Shown piece by piece: positions 50,601-54,990 of a stretch of DNA of 64,000 nt. Numbering within the stretch: the stretch's first letter is position 1; every line of letters starts with the position of its first letter. The stretch is from Patescibacteria group bacterium (GTDB lineage: Bacteria > Patescibacteriota > JAHJAL01), in contig JBMORM010000009.1 in assembly GCA_049322675.1 (NCBI GenBank), positions 222,132 through 286,131 on the forward strand. Reading direction: 5' to 3'. The notes below the pieces were generated by a model. The model was not told the origin of the DNA, made no database searches, and saw only the letters and a list, made by a program, of their open reading frames with translations. The position numbers were made by a program, and so were the translations under genes.

Positions 50601-52021
50601 TAAAATGTATGGATGATGCCGGCAATATGGCGGTCAATTCGTATGTCTTGAATTATATTATTGAGACTATGACGCCGAGAATAACGGCAGTAACGGCGGT
50701 GGCCGGCGATATGAATTATGTTTATGTGGACCCGACCGATGACGGACAAACTTTGGTGGAATATGAAACTACAGAGGGGACAACTGAATGTAAATGGGAT
50801 GTTTTGGATACAAATTACGATAACATGAATAATACCTGTCAAAATACGGAAAGATGCTTACTGAATCTAATCGGGGGCGGCAGTCAAAAGGTTTATATGA
50901 GGTGCAAAAATGCGGCCAATATGAAGTCAGATACATCTTTTAAATTGAATTACGAAATCGGGCAACCGGCAACTGATGAAAATCACTCATCAATTACCGC
51001 CCAAATAAAGGATTCTATCCCCCGCCATCCCAACACGGTAACGGTTTACTATAATCCTGCTTTTGAAAACGCAGTCAGTGACGGATCAATTAAATTAATT
51101 TTGTCAGATGAATTTGATTTATCAGGTATAACCAAAGATGATGTCATGGCTTTGGGTGGAGGGGTGGAATGGGTTAACAACGAAGTAATAACCGCAGCGG
51201 GGGAACAGATTGCCAGGAATGAAACATTGTGGGATAAATTGGCCAAGATGATAGCTCAACCACAAAATGCTCAAGCGGATGGAGAAAATTCAATCATCTT
51301 TCCATATGTTGGCGACTTGGACGGAGACAATAGTGATTTGCAATTTATTATTGGCAATGCCAATAAAATAATAAATCCGTTCACGGCCGGCACTTATCAC
51401 GTAACACTAGAAGTCAGAGATGAAGCCGGGGAAGTGATCGAGACATTGGAGGCGATGATCGCGATTAGCGAAGAGGTAAATGTAACCGCGAGTATACCGT
51501 CGATATTAACTTTTTCGATCAATCCAGTGGATAGCGGCGAGGCGGTCAATAATAATATAACTAACCAGCCGACTTTAACATCAGATAGTGTCAATTTTGG
51601 CGTTTTCCAAGCGGCTGATGACCGAATCGCTGCTCATGATTTGAACGTTTCTACCAACGCCGCCAATGGTTATATAGTGACAACACAGTACACTGGGGCT
51701 ATGACCGGTAACGCCGGTATGATGGCAGATTTCATTGGCACCAATTTGAACCCGCAAACATGGTCAAATCCGACCGGTTTGGGTGTGGAGAGTTATTTTG
51801 GATATACAACCACTGACTTTTCTTTGTCGCAAGTTCCAACAGACCGTTTTGCGAGCAATAACTGGGCGGCATTTTCTGTCATTCCTGCCGAAGTTGCTTC
51901 CAATAATCAATCAGTAAATGAAGAAATTACCAGAATCGGTTACCGGTTGCAAATCACCGACAAACAACCAGCCGGGGTTTACAACACGTCAGTTACATAT
52001 ATTTGCACTTCGATTTATTGA
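32699..52021 (+). CDS. Giant secreted protein (~6440 aa): YPxxIDP N-domain, duplicated LamG super-module (9 LamG), F5/8 discoidin, chitobiase-C/FN3-like units, 20 four-Cys Ig-like repeats, C-terminal WxL-like module
   Basis: ATG 32699 (or 32702) lies just after the upstream TGA (32694-32696). Signal peptide ending STVTA; RQYPIIIDPT; NLALNKTATAS...WIRIDLG...YRYVRI discoidin; VRYTxxG units; ends GVYNTSVTYICTSIY. Confidence 0.9.
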   Translation: MMKKIKTKNERWFDRILTSTALIFCYGLSLISTVTANEDSDWMATSWGSNFNYQYQDENFVASVGDKLTDTPDTITLQVKNPEPGESWWEKWQTEDYKTMTLTLLDGEQITNDPTDQSMSDAEDKAQELEEQRSSLLNKVGSWIDLDPSSELYKTDDDQLMNQNVIDDVDSEYTIWPDYGIKENLIVKGTNGQATNTFYYQLKLDEGIEYFSTDDGNPFNLPENTYYFVDQKGNYLAHFLPILVYDSNHNLTNQVNLEINPTSDEQILMVKVQVDYAWMIDSDRQYPIIIDPTIVHNTNTDFGNGRAIDRMSLNDNILSNAEMPTATDSSVVGLWHMDEESGTSVNDYSGNNITGTSVNTTVEDGKFGKAKYFNNINTYVQIPASSAFNFGTNDWTFETWIKPSSFEACDTIYSQNNPYTILRFDCERGGSYWEIYNNGVQYDLPAHGMVAGNWYHVAVVRSNNFVYLYQNGNLLSFVSVGSNSTNLSGAIWRIGNSTWNGEYFHGDIDEFVVRNRSLTPEQVKLEAQKKSYGLYDSSVLDLGSDFSKYDKISWEEQGVQTGNGETPYSTEGLVTQWNFNETSGTTAYNNAGSCEGTCNATLSNMTTTSQDAAPNSGWTANNKRWGGGGLMFDGSNDFISISHNSNFNLTSSWTVETWIKRTGPTTTNSDGSIWKFIVRKGTYNTFGLLYDPTSGKVYSNIYNGSAWKNSTSQSVLDIGQWHHIVGVYEGNDSGTLKIFFDGVLENTTTGVGTPSTNTDPLSIIGTSNISSVSTYWPAILDSTRIYSRALAGDEILSNYQAGNIELQTRSGETADPDDGSWENWKPAGSGTETTLDNSDNLYQYNTTDSGLVSYWPMDELTDSSVEDVKGTNNGTATGTKIIDGKFGKARSFNGTTSDYISIPHSADLDFERTSTFSISSWFKSNTTGYESIVSKTDSAYKGWTLFKLANSDPNRPNSVCLILTNVNATSDMFACTPANSISAGNTYHIAMTYAGNSDASGVKIYFNGISQTVTSFRNNLTGSIQNSSPTLIGKHAYAGGNYYLNGWMDELRIYNIVLSSSQVTNQYNEGINALGQTAVQNKSSQNIKAEGTASQKISTGVPLVDANTVALWHLDETGGTGAYIKDSSGNGNNGTPTGTTSVVDGISGKARNFNGTVNDYISIPSSTSLNISSNITIEAWLFRNAAGIQRIVTKTVGNGAANNPYDFGIYTDDKLYFVRASSTTPQSFFSTNTVPVNSWSHVAVTVNNNALSFYVNGIASGTGTFTITPTTNSNPVLIGTRNDGGIFNGKIDEVRVSNIARSADEIAEAYRMGREHRITHLLDTNIDLSNNSKLPFYIAADKPGNYLQTTIGESAFANNEPDTNTVGLWHLEEATGSGAYIKDSSSYSNNGTPAAKTIFDGKIGKAVYGANISMSNEANFRFERTQPFSISGWIKIATLSSGRGYQNIFAKMLGTSPYTGYHLLVADGADSAVTGAGILRFGLINTWTTNTLLIQTNNRVDDSQWHYVVATYDGTSSASGAKIYIDGALVPTTTKYNSLTASIVNSSASPYISTSSYGGVDEVRIDKVVRTADEIRQAYEIGKRTHSVTIDFAAGLDSGNLISNNSDQSFTIDATNKGLSQKGSNLFVGEKVIVRENYDGTEYIAQGLVNSVDVSTGAIDVTSWDSNSTFPSIGFSVNADVFKWQREYWDLTGIMDNQIDSANRLTIRLADGAEGRNVWFDDFKTVGSYLSDPTGSLLNSTSNRYLQYRVMSSTTDTKVAPSLSSVTIKRPPTIDEDNESILAINEGLNRCKITSDPLIKLKNMEPANDPYLVGHWKMNETNGSTVADSSGNGNNGTATGTSIADGVMDKARVFNGSSDFVSIANQVLKQTPNLSFEAWFKQNSTSTYQNIIWATPAGPGSGIALNVDRRVIFQLDLVTGDYRAYQTNTNAYELNTWNHVVGTYSNGIFKIFLNGNEQIISLAGGTGSGDFVGETNYFIGHETSGNYFKGMIDEVSVFNKNLTPEEIKAHAQKRPYGTYTSKVLDLINNPQLNSLTWGELGVQTGSGETPKDATGLVAQWNFNETSGTTATNNAGSCGAACNGTLTNMTTSGQDASVNSGWTANNKKWGAGAAMFDGSDDYINIGSTSNLAVTNFSLETWVKTNTTALSVILGKKSNSTGGWYAYRLATYSGKINVRVQQSATPSFLDLDSNFSQINNNEWHHVVVTFDSDNKVRIYIDGKLDITSSTGNAIYYANQVSDFMIGTDVDGTKRLNGTIDSTKIYSRALSADEILSNYQAGNIELQTRSGATADPNDGSWQEWRPAGSGTETTLVNNENDSSNWSWNSVAAYMPKSKSDDSVVRLNGNTSTKLQTGILQSDANTIALWHLDETGGAGAYIKDSSGNGNDGTPSGTTVIDGIIGKARSFNGTSDYIQKTSVPAQSIYSFDMWFKPQNTITSSSACMTLMQMRTGATGDYFALQTGSCTSSLTNETITIFHDTPGRTGVLNVNISNSWHHITVNWDSSINEYRIYLDGVVQTTNSGTDGKAAFFNDPERIQIGAYMYSGTYSSYFAGLIDEVRISSAARTPEEIAEAYRAGANHHLTRDLTSAQNLSNNNKISFNVAADQPGTYLQTMIGESAFANYEPDANTVGLWHLEEATGSGAYIKDSSNSGNNGTPTGTTFIDGKIGKGRSFNGSSDYISISNNSNLNLLSEDFVIDVWVKPSTVTGTQEIISKRNGAVAEGFVIRRESGVYNFWATSNGSSWDISYGKSLGAASANTWSYLVVTRQGNNFYFYNNGIQTDSLTSSAAIQTNTRNINIGRDGSGQYFSGVIDEVRLKKGAGVTGGQIRQAYEVGKRSHNVTIDFAASLDSDNLIIDSNDKSFTIDATTKGLSYPAENLFSGDKIIVRENYNGTEYIAQGTVNGVDQDSGAVTVSSWDSGSTFPSGGFTVNADVFKWQTEYMDISQIANEDKDAMSQISLRLTNGSGGRNIWLDDFESINNYLTDPTGSAIASTSNQYLQYRAILTSNDTLLTPSFNDISLDYSPQQSSTLSSVSSSAAYLNNLNKNNFPITCQGVTASEPDLTITCQASLNQSNWYDVTSANSPLSNADLTGNVDFAGWTGYPEADGELTIYARTSDGTYASQIVNFVVNKDTVDPAINTINSVAGWTTTPYFDNTDDGNTEIIFETSPDTHSCRWDENDLSFTAMTNTCTAVGDCQIDLTGQGAKTVYISCDDTAGNILHPSQTVNYTIDSIAPTTTPTCSPADNTYFKDNLAVTCVSGEGGDLVRYTSDGTDPTISSDQWFNTNINNTSDLKFISCDLAGNCLTTFSQYHYILDNVAPPAPIINNEPQYTAGTTNAVSSNTVTDTGVGGVQYEFCADNTRSMDINLALNKTATASWTYTTQTPALAVNNNTNDFWGSGGYPPAWIRIDLGSKQNFNQLKLLPQGSPTGTVYYHIQGSDDGNNFTTIMANASANTAGPTWSTHNFSMQSYRYVRIYCNDWANSWVGIREIEIYNTADQPTASCISSGWKDVSNNIFENLLDSTKYYYFVRSKDALNNLSAWSASVNSIQDNVKPEITGINSVAGDSLAPWADKTDDGETIVNFSSSADTADCFWNTDDVAYEEMANLCATTSACTLDQVGEGNHTVFIRCSDIAGNTMDSSLVLNYAIDTIAPTTAPTCIPADNTYFYDQLVAGCTPGFGGTLVRYTNNGNTPGELSTIWENDQTINATTTFKLISCDDANNCFNEHSTYTYNKDTSPPPTPVMTAEPQLSPGTTNTVTSNTVNDTGVGGVNYQFCFSNSDSTENCNSSAWLTTNSYTFTNLAHEVKYYYFVRSKDALNNTSVWSGSTSSTQDNVAPAILSIENIGGDDTSPYLDSTDDGVTVANFISSPDAASCRWATVDADYDLMVHNCSSTGSCTFNLTGPSTKMIYLRCKDTAGNKMNYSTLMMYDVDIIPTINSITYVEDDANAPYFDLTDNGETTIIFGTSNDATACRWDIADREYSQMINNCSSTEECTVNLTGQGAKTVYLRCVDNQNQSTVNAFEVNYTIDSIAPTTAPTCTPESQMFGGSISVNCLAGEGGNIIRYSNDPNDLVDSSSSAWSDRAITTTTNLQLISCDEANNCFLEASQYDYTKDGTPPPTPLMITEPTYTRGTSNTIRSQTVTDGGIGGTIEYQFGWNLTGTAGSGMTVTSDWTTTSEAIFGNLADNTYYYFVRARDVFENTSAWSSPVASIQDNLAATLTEINSVAGDTTPNEWGDNTDDAYTDVIYTADPDVSDCKWSEEDQTYGAMPNTCNSVNRCILNLTGEGEHNIYLRCADKAGNADAVSYNLQYFIDTAPPTAKPTCTATGVIDGYFATSVNVTCSPGTGGDEVRYTTDNTIPTWQSTFWNNRSFNQTTTLKAISCDWANNCFDEVETNVYTQDLVAPPLPVMNAEPAYTAGLTNLVSGTTVTDVLPGVGLVTYQFKMKYYDGSSWAESATAWLDQPEYNFTGLTHGRTYYYAVRARDGLNNLPPDNAWSSEVSSTQDNNYPMVTGVNYVVEDYDLPYVDETDDSNTYIEYTTSDSPVTCRWSDTNESYGDMENTCENTSGCTLTLNNIGDKTVYMRCTDAANNQSPTSYRLDYRVDPNGDGRPPQITTINTVAGDNTSPYFDQTDNSQTLVEYTATTDATTCHWGTVEGTYNDLPNTCTSVSNCNLNLAGNGTKTIYMRCIDGAGNRQRSSRLLVYTIDSLPPTVNLVSVAGDTFAPYYDTSDDNNTVININSNDNLTGVQNCRWDENDQSYGAMANNCENNNQCNFSTYEGESNHTGYIRCTDNIGNAMSSSQTVTFGIDQTEPTVNSIVDVAGDTSTPYYDRSNNTDTVINFNSSDNFSGVADCRWSTTDIGYDNMYSGGEPAYYRNCSTSSCAVGSDYIYNSFWGEGNHTVYLRCIDIAGNRTSTSYPVNLTIDSIPPTVNSIISVENDLTAPYFDYTDNALTEIKYSASDNALGIAGCRWDTNNVNYEVMGQDCDINDATCDINESGQGWHNVFLKCIDLAGNTNSYNTYEYNGNFDETILVPALRANYYIDTSASNIIIDSVNGRTDTQHYDDNTDDGQTVINFHNVTALDSNTAAEDIAECKWDSEDKTYTEMTQVCASTTSCVSNLTGEGNKTIFIRCKDNQDNMTASKQVDYKIDLTQPQITNLISVAGDTTVPYYDTKPDDFYSQDSWHNLSTAIFTTSDNLAGVQTCRWDTSDKNYDTMSNECNSASSCAVNIADQGVHNVYVRCRDWAGNPMSSSLNYEYTYDVQGPTISLNVVENDMTLPYFDYTDNGNTAIDFAVDDNVLGVAGCKWDHNTSNYNLMTYTCANLGLCIFDTMGEEEQTNYISCIDEGGNASSQTVNYWIDTRPPIITSITSVAGDTTANDYNDNTDNRDTLVIFNTLAEDTAECKWSQNNLAYDSMSNVCEGADRCRLNLTGDGEKTVYLRCKDQQNKKAIAPYVLSYNIDTTPPNITSITHVASDYSAPYFDPNMDFITPISFSSYDNVSGIESCQYHMGDAFYKYSCDNNNLCTVREFTGISNRYGSHTAYIKCKDYAQNEMVDYYPVNYTTDYYGPDIDLISIAEDTTAPYYDTSDDGNTVVRIETSDLAGATACRWGINPDPVHLLDYKPNYSQLDNICESTEQCTLYLMGQGTKTIYMRCIDSLGNQTSSNDSENRPFVFNYTIDSSADGTPPRISKINSVAGDTTAVYYDNSDNQDTVISYQVDADTNNCKWDVANLSYDNLANICESTNTCNLNLAGEGAKKVYFKCIDNAGNKTINPYILRYTIDITAPTVLDIVTIASDPNNPYFDNTDDEQTLLLYHASSDTATCKWSTNNQSYAAMPNTCASTEQCNFNLSGWGEKNVFMRCIDHAGNIGLSSYAISYTLDAGADGTPPIIQSIDSVAGDETPTYYDSSDDSNTEVLFTASPDSTQCKWNTLDVPYEQMQNFCESTGQCILNVSGRGAKTVFIKCMDDAGNMAVNSYVLNYIIETMTPRITAVTAVAGDMNYVYVDPTDDGQTLVEYETTEGTTECKWDVLDTNYDNMNNTCQNTERCLLNLIGGGSQKVYMRCKNAANMKSDTSFKLNYEIGQPATDENHSSITAQIKDSIPRHPNTVTVYYNPAFENAVSDGSIKLILSDEFDLSGITKDDVMALGGGVEWVNNEVITAAGEQIARNETLWDKLAKMIAQPQNAQADGENSIIFPYVGDLDGDNSDLQFIIGNANKIINPFTAGTYHVTLEVRDEAGEVIETLEAMIAISEEVNVTASIPSILTFSINPVDSGEAVNNNITNQPTLTSDSVNFGVFQAADDRIAAHDLNVSTNAANGYIVTTQYTGAMTGNAGMMADFIGTNLNPQTWSNPTGLGVESYFGYTTTDFSLSQVPTDRFASNNWAAFSVIPAEVASNNQSVNEEITRIGYRLQITDKQPAGVYNTSVTYICTSIY
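42095..50955 (+). repeat. Array of 20 ~100-aa four-cysteine Ig-like repeats (15 consecutive from ~46220)
   Basis: Consensus P-x-I-x-S-I-x-SVAGD-x-x-x-PY-x-D-x-TDD...C-x-W...Y-x-x-M-x-N-x-C...C-x-LNL-x-G-x-G-x-K-x-V-Y-x-RC-x-D-x-AGN, counted by eye. Confidence 0.85.
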
Positions 52022-52071
52022 TCAAAATTTTATACAATTGAATTGTTTTTATTTTAATAATAAAAAATAAA

Positions 52072-53664
52072 ATGTCGATATTTAATCTCTTCAAACCAAA
52101 ATCCAAACGCAACCCGGTTGTTTTGTTGATACTGGATGGCTGGGGTCATGCGACTGCGTGGGGCGGAAACGCGATTACGATGGGCGATACCAGAAATTTC
52201 AATTATTTATTTCAAAATTATCCCAATTTTTTACTCAGGGCGGCTGAAGATGCGGTCGGATTACCAACCACTTTGCCCGGCAATTCGGAAGTCGGTCATG
52301 TAGCGATTGGGGCCGGGAAAGTGGTGCATCAGCATTTGTTGATAATAAATAAGGCCCTGGAAGACGGATCGTTTTTTACCAATCCGGCATTTTTGGAAGG
52401 GATGAAAATTGCCAAAGAAAATAATAGCAAACTTCATATTTTGGGTATGCTTTCCAAAGGAACATTGGTTCATGGTGATATTGACCATGTTTATAACTTG
52501 GTGAAGTTGGCCAAAGATCAGGGTTTGAGCAAAGTGTATATTCACGGCTTTAGTGACGGTCGCGATTCACCTCAGAGAGACGGGTTTGAACAGACCTTTC
52601 GACTAAAAGAAAAATTAGCGGCATTGGGGGTGGGACAAATCGCGACGGTAACCGGAAGATATTTTGCCATGGACCGAAATAAACGATATGAAAGGACGCA
52701 GAGGACTTTTGAAGCGATGACCGAGGGCAAGGGTAAAAAATATAAAAATGCCGAGGATGTTTTTAGTGAAAATTACGCCAACGATGTCACGGATGAGTAT
52801 ATTGTGCCGTCAGTAGTGACTGACGAGCAAGGACAACCGATCGCCAAGATTGAAAATGGCGACGTAGTAATATTTGCCAATTTCCGGGCGGACCGTACTA
52901 GGCAAATTAGCAAGGCATTATGCAATGATGATTTCAACGGATTCAACCGCAGAGTCAGACCCAAAATTCATTTTGTTTCCATGGCTTTTTTCTCGCCGAA
53001 TCTGCCACAAAATATTGCTTTTAGGATAAATCCATCGGGACAGTGCTTGGCAGAGGTAATATCGGGAGCCGGACTAACTCAGTATCACATCGCCGAGTCG
53101 CAAAAATATCCGCATGTGACTTACTTTATAAATGGTGGAAAGGAAGAACCTTTTCAAGGCGAGTCGCGCCAGATGATTCCCTCGCGCGAAGATGTTACTT
53201 ACGATCGAATTCCTCGCATGAATATTGATAAGGTGACAAAAATTTTGGTTGATCAGATAACAAGTAAATTGTATGACAGTTATATTGTCAATTTTGCAAA
53301 TCCGGATATGGTTGGTCATACCGGCGATTTGTCAGCTACAATCGAAGCTTGCGAAGCGACGGATGAATGTTTGGGTGAAGTATGGGAGGCAGTAAAAAAA
53401 ATGAACGGTACCCTGATAGTTACCGCCGACCATGGCAATGCCGAACAAATGGTTGACATCAAGACAGGACGACCTGATCCCGAACATACCACCAACAAGG
53501 TACCATTTATCGTCGCCGACTGGGAGGGAAAATATCAAAAAAATGCAAAATTGCCTTCGGATTATGTTACGGAATTAAAGGATGTGGCACCAACTATGTT
53601 GCATCTTTTGGGTCTGGAAAAAGGAGAAGGAATGACTGGAACTAATCTTGTCGAAAAAAAATAA
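52072..53664 (+). CDS. gpmI: 2,3-bisphosphoglycerate-independent phosphoglycerate mutase
   Basis: LILDGWG, GNSEVGH (catalytic Ser), DGRD, GRYFAMDR, NFRADR, KYPHVTYF, NPDMVGHTG, TADHGNAE motifs. Confidence 0.97.
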   Translation: MSIFNLFKPKSKRNPVVLLILDGWGHATAWGGNAITMGDTRNFNYLFQNYPNFLLRAAEDAVGLPTTLPGNSEVGHVAIGAGKVVHQHLLIINKALEDGSFFTNPAFLEGMKIAKENNSKLHILGMLSKGTLVHGDIDHVYNLVKLAKDQGLSKVYIHGFSDGRDSPQRDGFEQTFRLKEKLAALGVGQIATVTGRYFAMDRNKRYERTQRTFEAMTEGKGKKYKNAEDVFSENYANDVTDEYIVPSVVTDEQGQPIAKIENGDVVIFANFRADRTRQISKALCNDDFNGFNRRVRPKIHFVSMAFFSPNLPQNIAFRINPSGQCLAEVISGAGLTQYHIAESQKYPHVTYFINGGKEEPFQGESRQMIPSREDVTYDRIPRMNIDKVTKILVDQITSKLYDSYIVNFANPDMVGHTGDLSATIEACEATDECLGEVWEAVKKMNGTLIVTADHGNAEQMVDIKTGRPDPEHTTNKVPFIVADWEGKYQKNAKLPSDYVTELKDVAPTMLHLLGLEKGEGMTGTNLVEKK

Positions 53665-53702
53665 TTAAGATAAAATTAATACTGTCTTAATATTTTTTTA
53701 AT

Positions 53703-53731
53703 AATTGATAGGGTGACACTATCAATTTTTT
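53703..53731 (+). terminator. Possible intrinsic terminator after gpmI
   Basis: AATTGATAG-ggtgaca-CTATCAATT hairpin (9-bp arms) running into a T tract; the stem is AT-rich. Confidence 0.5.
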
Positions 53732-53738
53732 ATGCCAA

Positions 53739-54866
53739 GTGAAGGAGTGTATGTTGCAGGATTATTTTAGTTCGGAAAAAAAAGATGAAGCATTTGTTGA
53801 TTCGGAAGATTATTTATCCAAATTAACTGATTACTTGGATCGAGAAAGAGAAAGCGTCGGTCTAGAAAAAAGGTTTGGGCTTGAGTTGTTCAAGCCGTGC
53901 AAAGAGATATTTTTGTTGGATTCCAATGATACTACTCAGGATTTTTTTCGGGATGTACAGGATCAATTTTCCAAACAGGTTGAGGTAAAAATATTTAGTC
54001 ATAAGGACGATTTTTTTGATGAATTGAATAGGCGAGTTGTTTTACCTTCTCACATATTTTTTTCTTCTCGTCACAGCGACCGAGAATATGATTCTGAGTT
54101 TCTAGCAGAATTTTTGCTTGAGTTGAGGGATCATTTTCGCGGTATGGAAAAACAAGGGTTAAAAAATGAAGATCGGCCGGAAATAATTTTTCTAAGTTCA
54201 GTAAAAGAAATTAGACAAGATGTAATACAAGAAAATCATGACGACATTGTTGACCATGTTATGTCAAAAGATTTTAGTTCAATCTGGCTAGCAGTCGAGA
54301 AATCAGGGAAAATCGAAGAAATCAGGGAAAATATCGATAAACTAGCTTTTGCCAGGGGTGGAGAGAAACTATCAGAAGGGCGTGACAATCTTGAAGAAAT
54401 AAATGACTTGAATGTGATTTATATTGACGATGATCACGATGTATTGAGTTCTTTGGAAAGATGCGGCGTCACGCGTAGCGATGAAATCGGTGAGGCAAAT
54501 TGCGTCGGATTTGATAGAGGGATAGACGCTTACAATTATTTTAAAAAAATAAAAGAAAGATTAAATGGTGGATTTTCCAGCAAGAAGTTTTTTATTATAC
54601 TTGATGGCAATCTAAAAAAGGACAAAAAATTGAAAAGTGGCGATTTGTTTTTTAACGAATTAAAAAAATTACTCAAAGACGACATTGACAATATTACTTT
54701 TATAGCAAATAGTGGCGACACCACCTGGAATATTCAGATGAAATACCAACATGGTTTTTTGAACAGCAAGAGGGGCATGCCAAAAGATGTGATGGGTTCT
54801 TTTGATTTGATTGTGGAAGAGATGGAGAAGTCAAAAAATGGTGGTAAAGACAGAGATTTGCTATAG
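53739..54866 (+). CDS. Hypothetical protein with two receiver (CheY-like) domains, the first degenerate
   Basis: C-terminal half has VIYIDDD...IILDGNL...SG...FIANSG...PK; N-terminal half has IFLLDS...IIFLSS...MSK. The start may be GTG 53739 or ATG 53751. Confidence 0.55.
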   Translation: MKECMLQDYFSSEKKDEAFVDSEDYLSKLTDYLDRERESVGLEKRFGLELFKPCKEIFLLDSNDTTQDFFRDVQDQFSKQVEVKIFSHKDDFFDELNRRVVLPSHIFFSSRHSDREYDSEFLAEFLLELRDHFRGMEKQGLKNEDRPEIIFLSSVKEIRQDVIQENHDDIVDHVMSKDFSSIWLAVEKSGKIEEIRENIDKLAFARGGEKLSEGRDNLEEINDLNVIYIDDDHDVLSSLERCGVTRSDEIGEANCVGFDRGIDAYNYFKKIKERLNGGFSSKKFFIILDGNLKKDKKLKSGDLFFNELKKLLKDDIDNITFIANSGDTTWNIQMKYQHGFLNSKRGMPKDVMGSFDLIVEEMEKSKNGGKDRDLL

Positions 54867-54893
54867 CCAGCCCAAGATAATATAATAATAGTT

Positions 54894-54934
54894 GCAGTCG
54901 CTAAAAATCCCCCTTTATTAGCGGCTGCTTTTTT
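54894..54934 (+). terminator. Intrinsic terminator
   Basis: GCAGTCGCTAA ... TTAGCGGCTGC stem (one G-U pair) followed by TTTTTT, 27 bp after the stop at 54866. Confidence 0.75.
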
Positions 54935-54990
54935 GTGTGTTAAAAATATGGTATGAATGACTTGCAATATATTTTTATCGCGAGGAAAAA

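Noticed and set aside
42095-50955. CRISPR array or DNA-level tandem satellite
   Set aside because: The repeats are ~300-bp degenerate protein-coding units with synonymous divergence, not identical short repeats with spacers.
9-52000. Numerous 60-280 aa ORFs overlapping or antisense to the giant genes (e.g. 3530-4366, 10348-11121, 12814-13479)
   Set aside because: Shadow frames of long coding sequences; no recognisable motifs, and they are fully nested in well-supported CDSs.
4771-52021. Rhs/YD polymorphic toxins or autotransporters
   Set aside because: No YD repeats, no PxxxxDPxG core end, no variable toxin tips or small immunity genes; the C-termini are conserved and do not look like beta-barrels.
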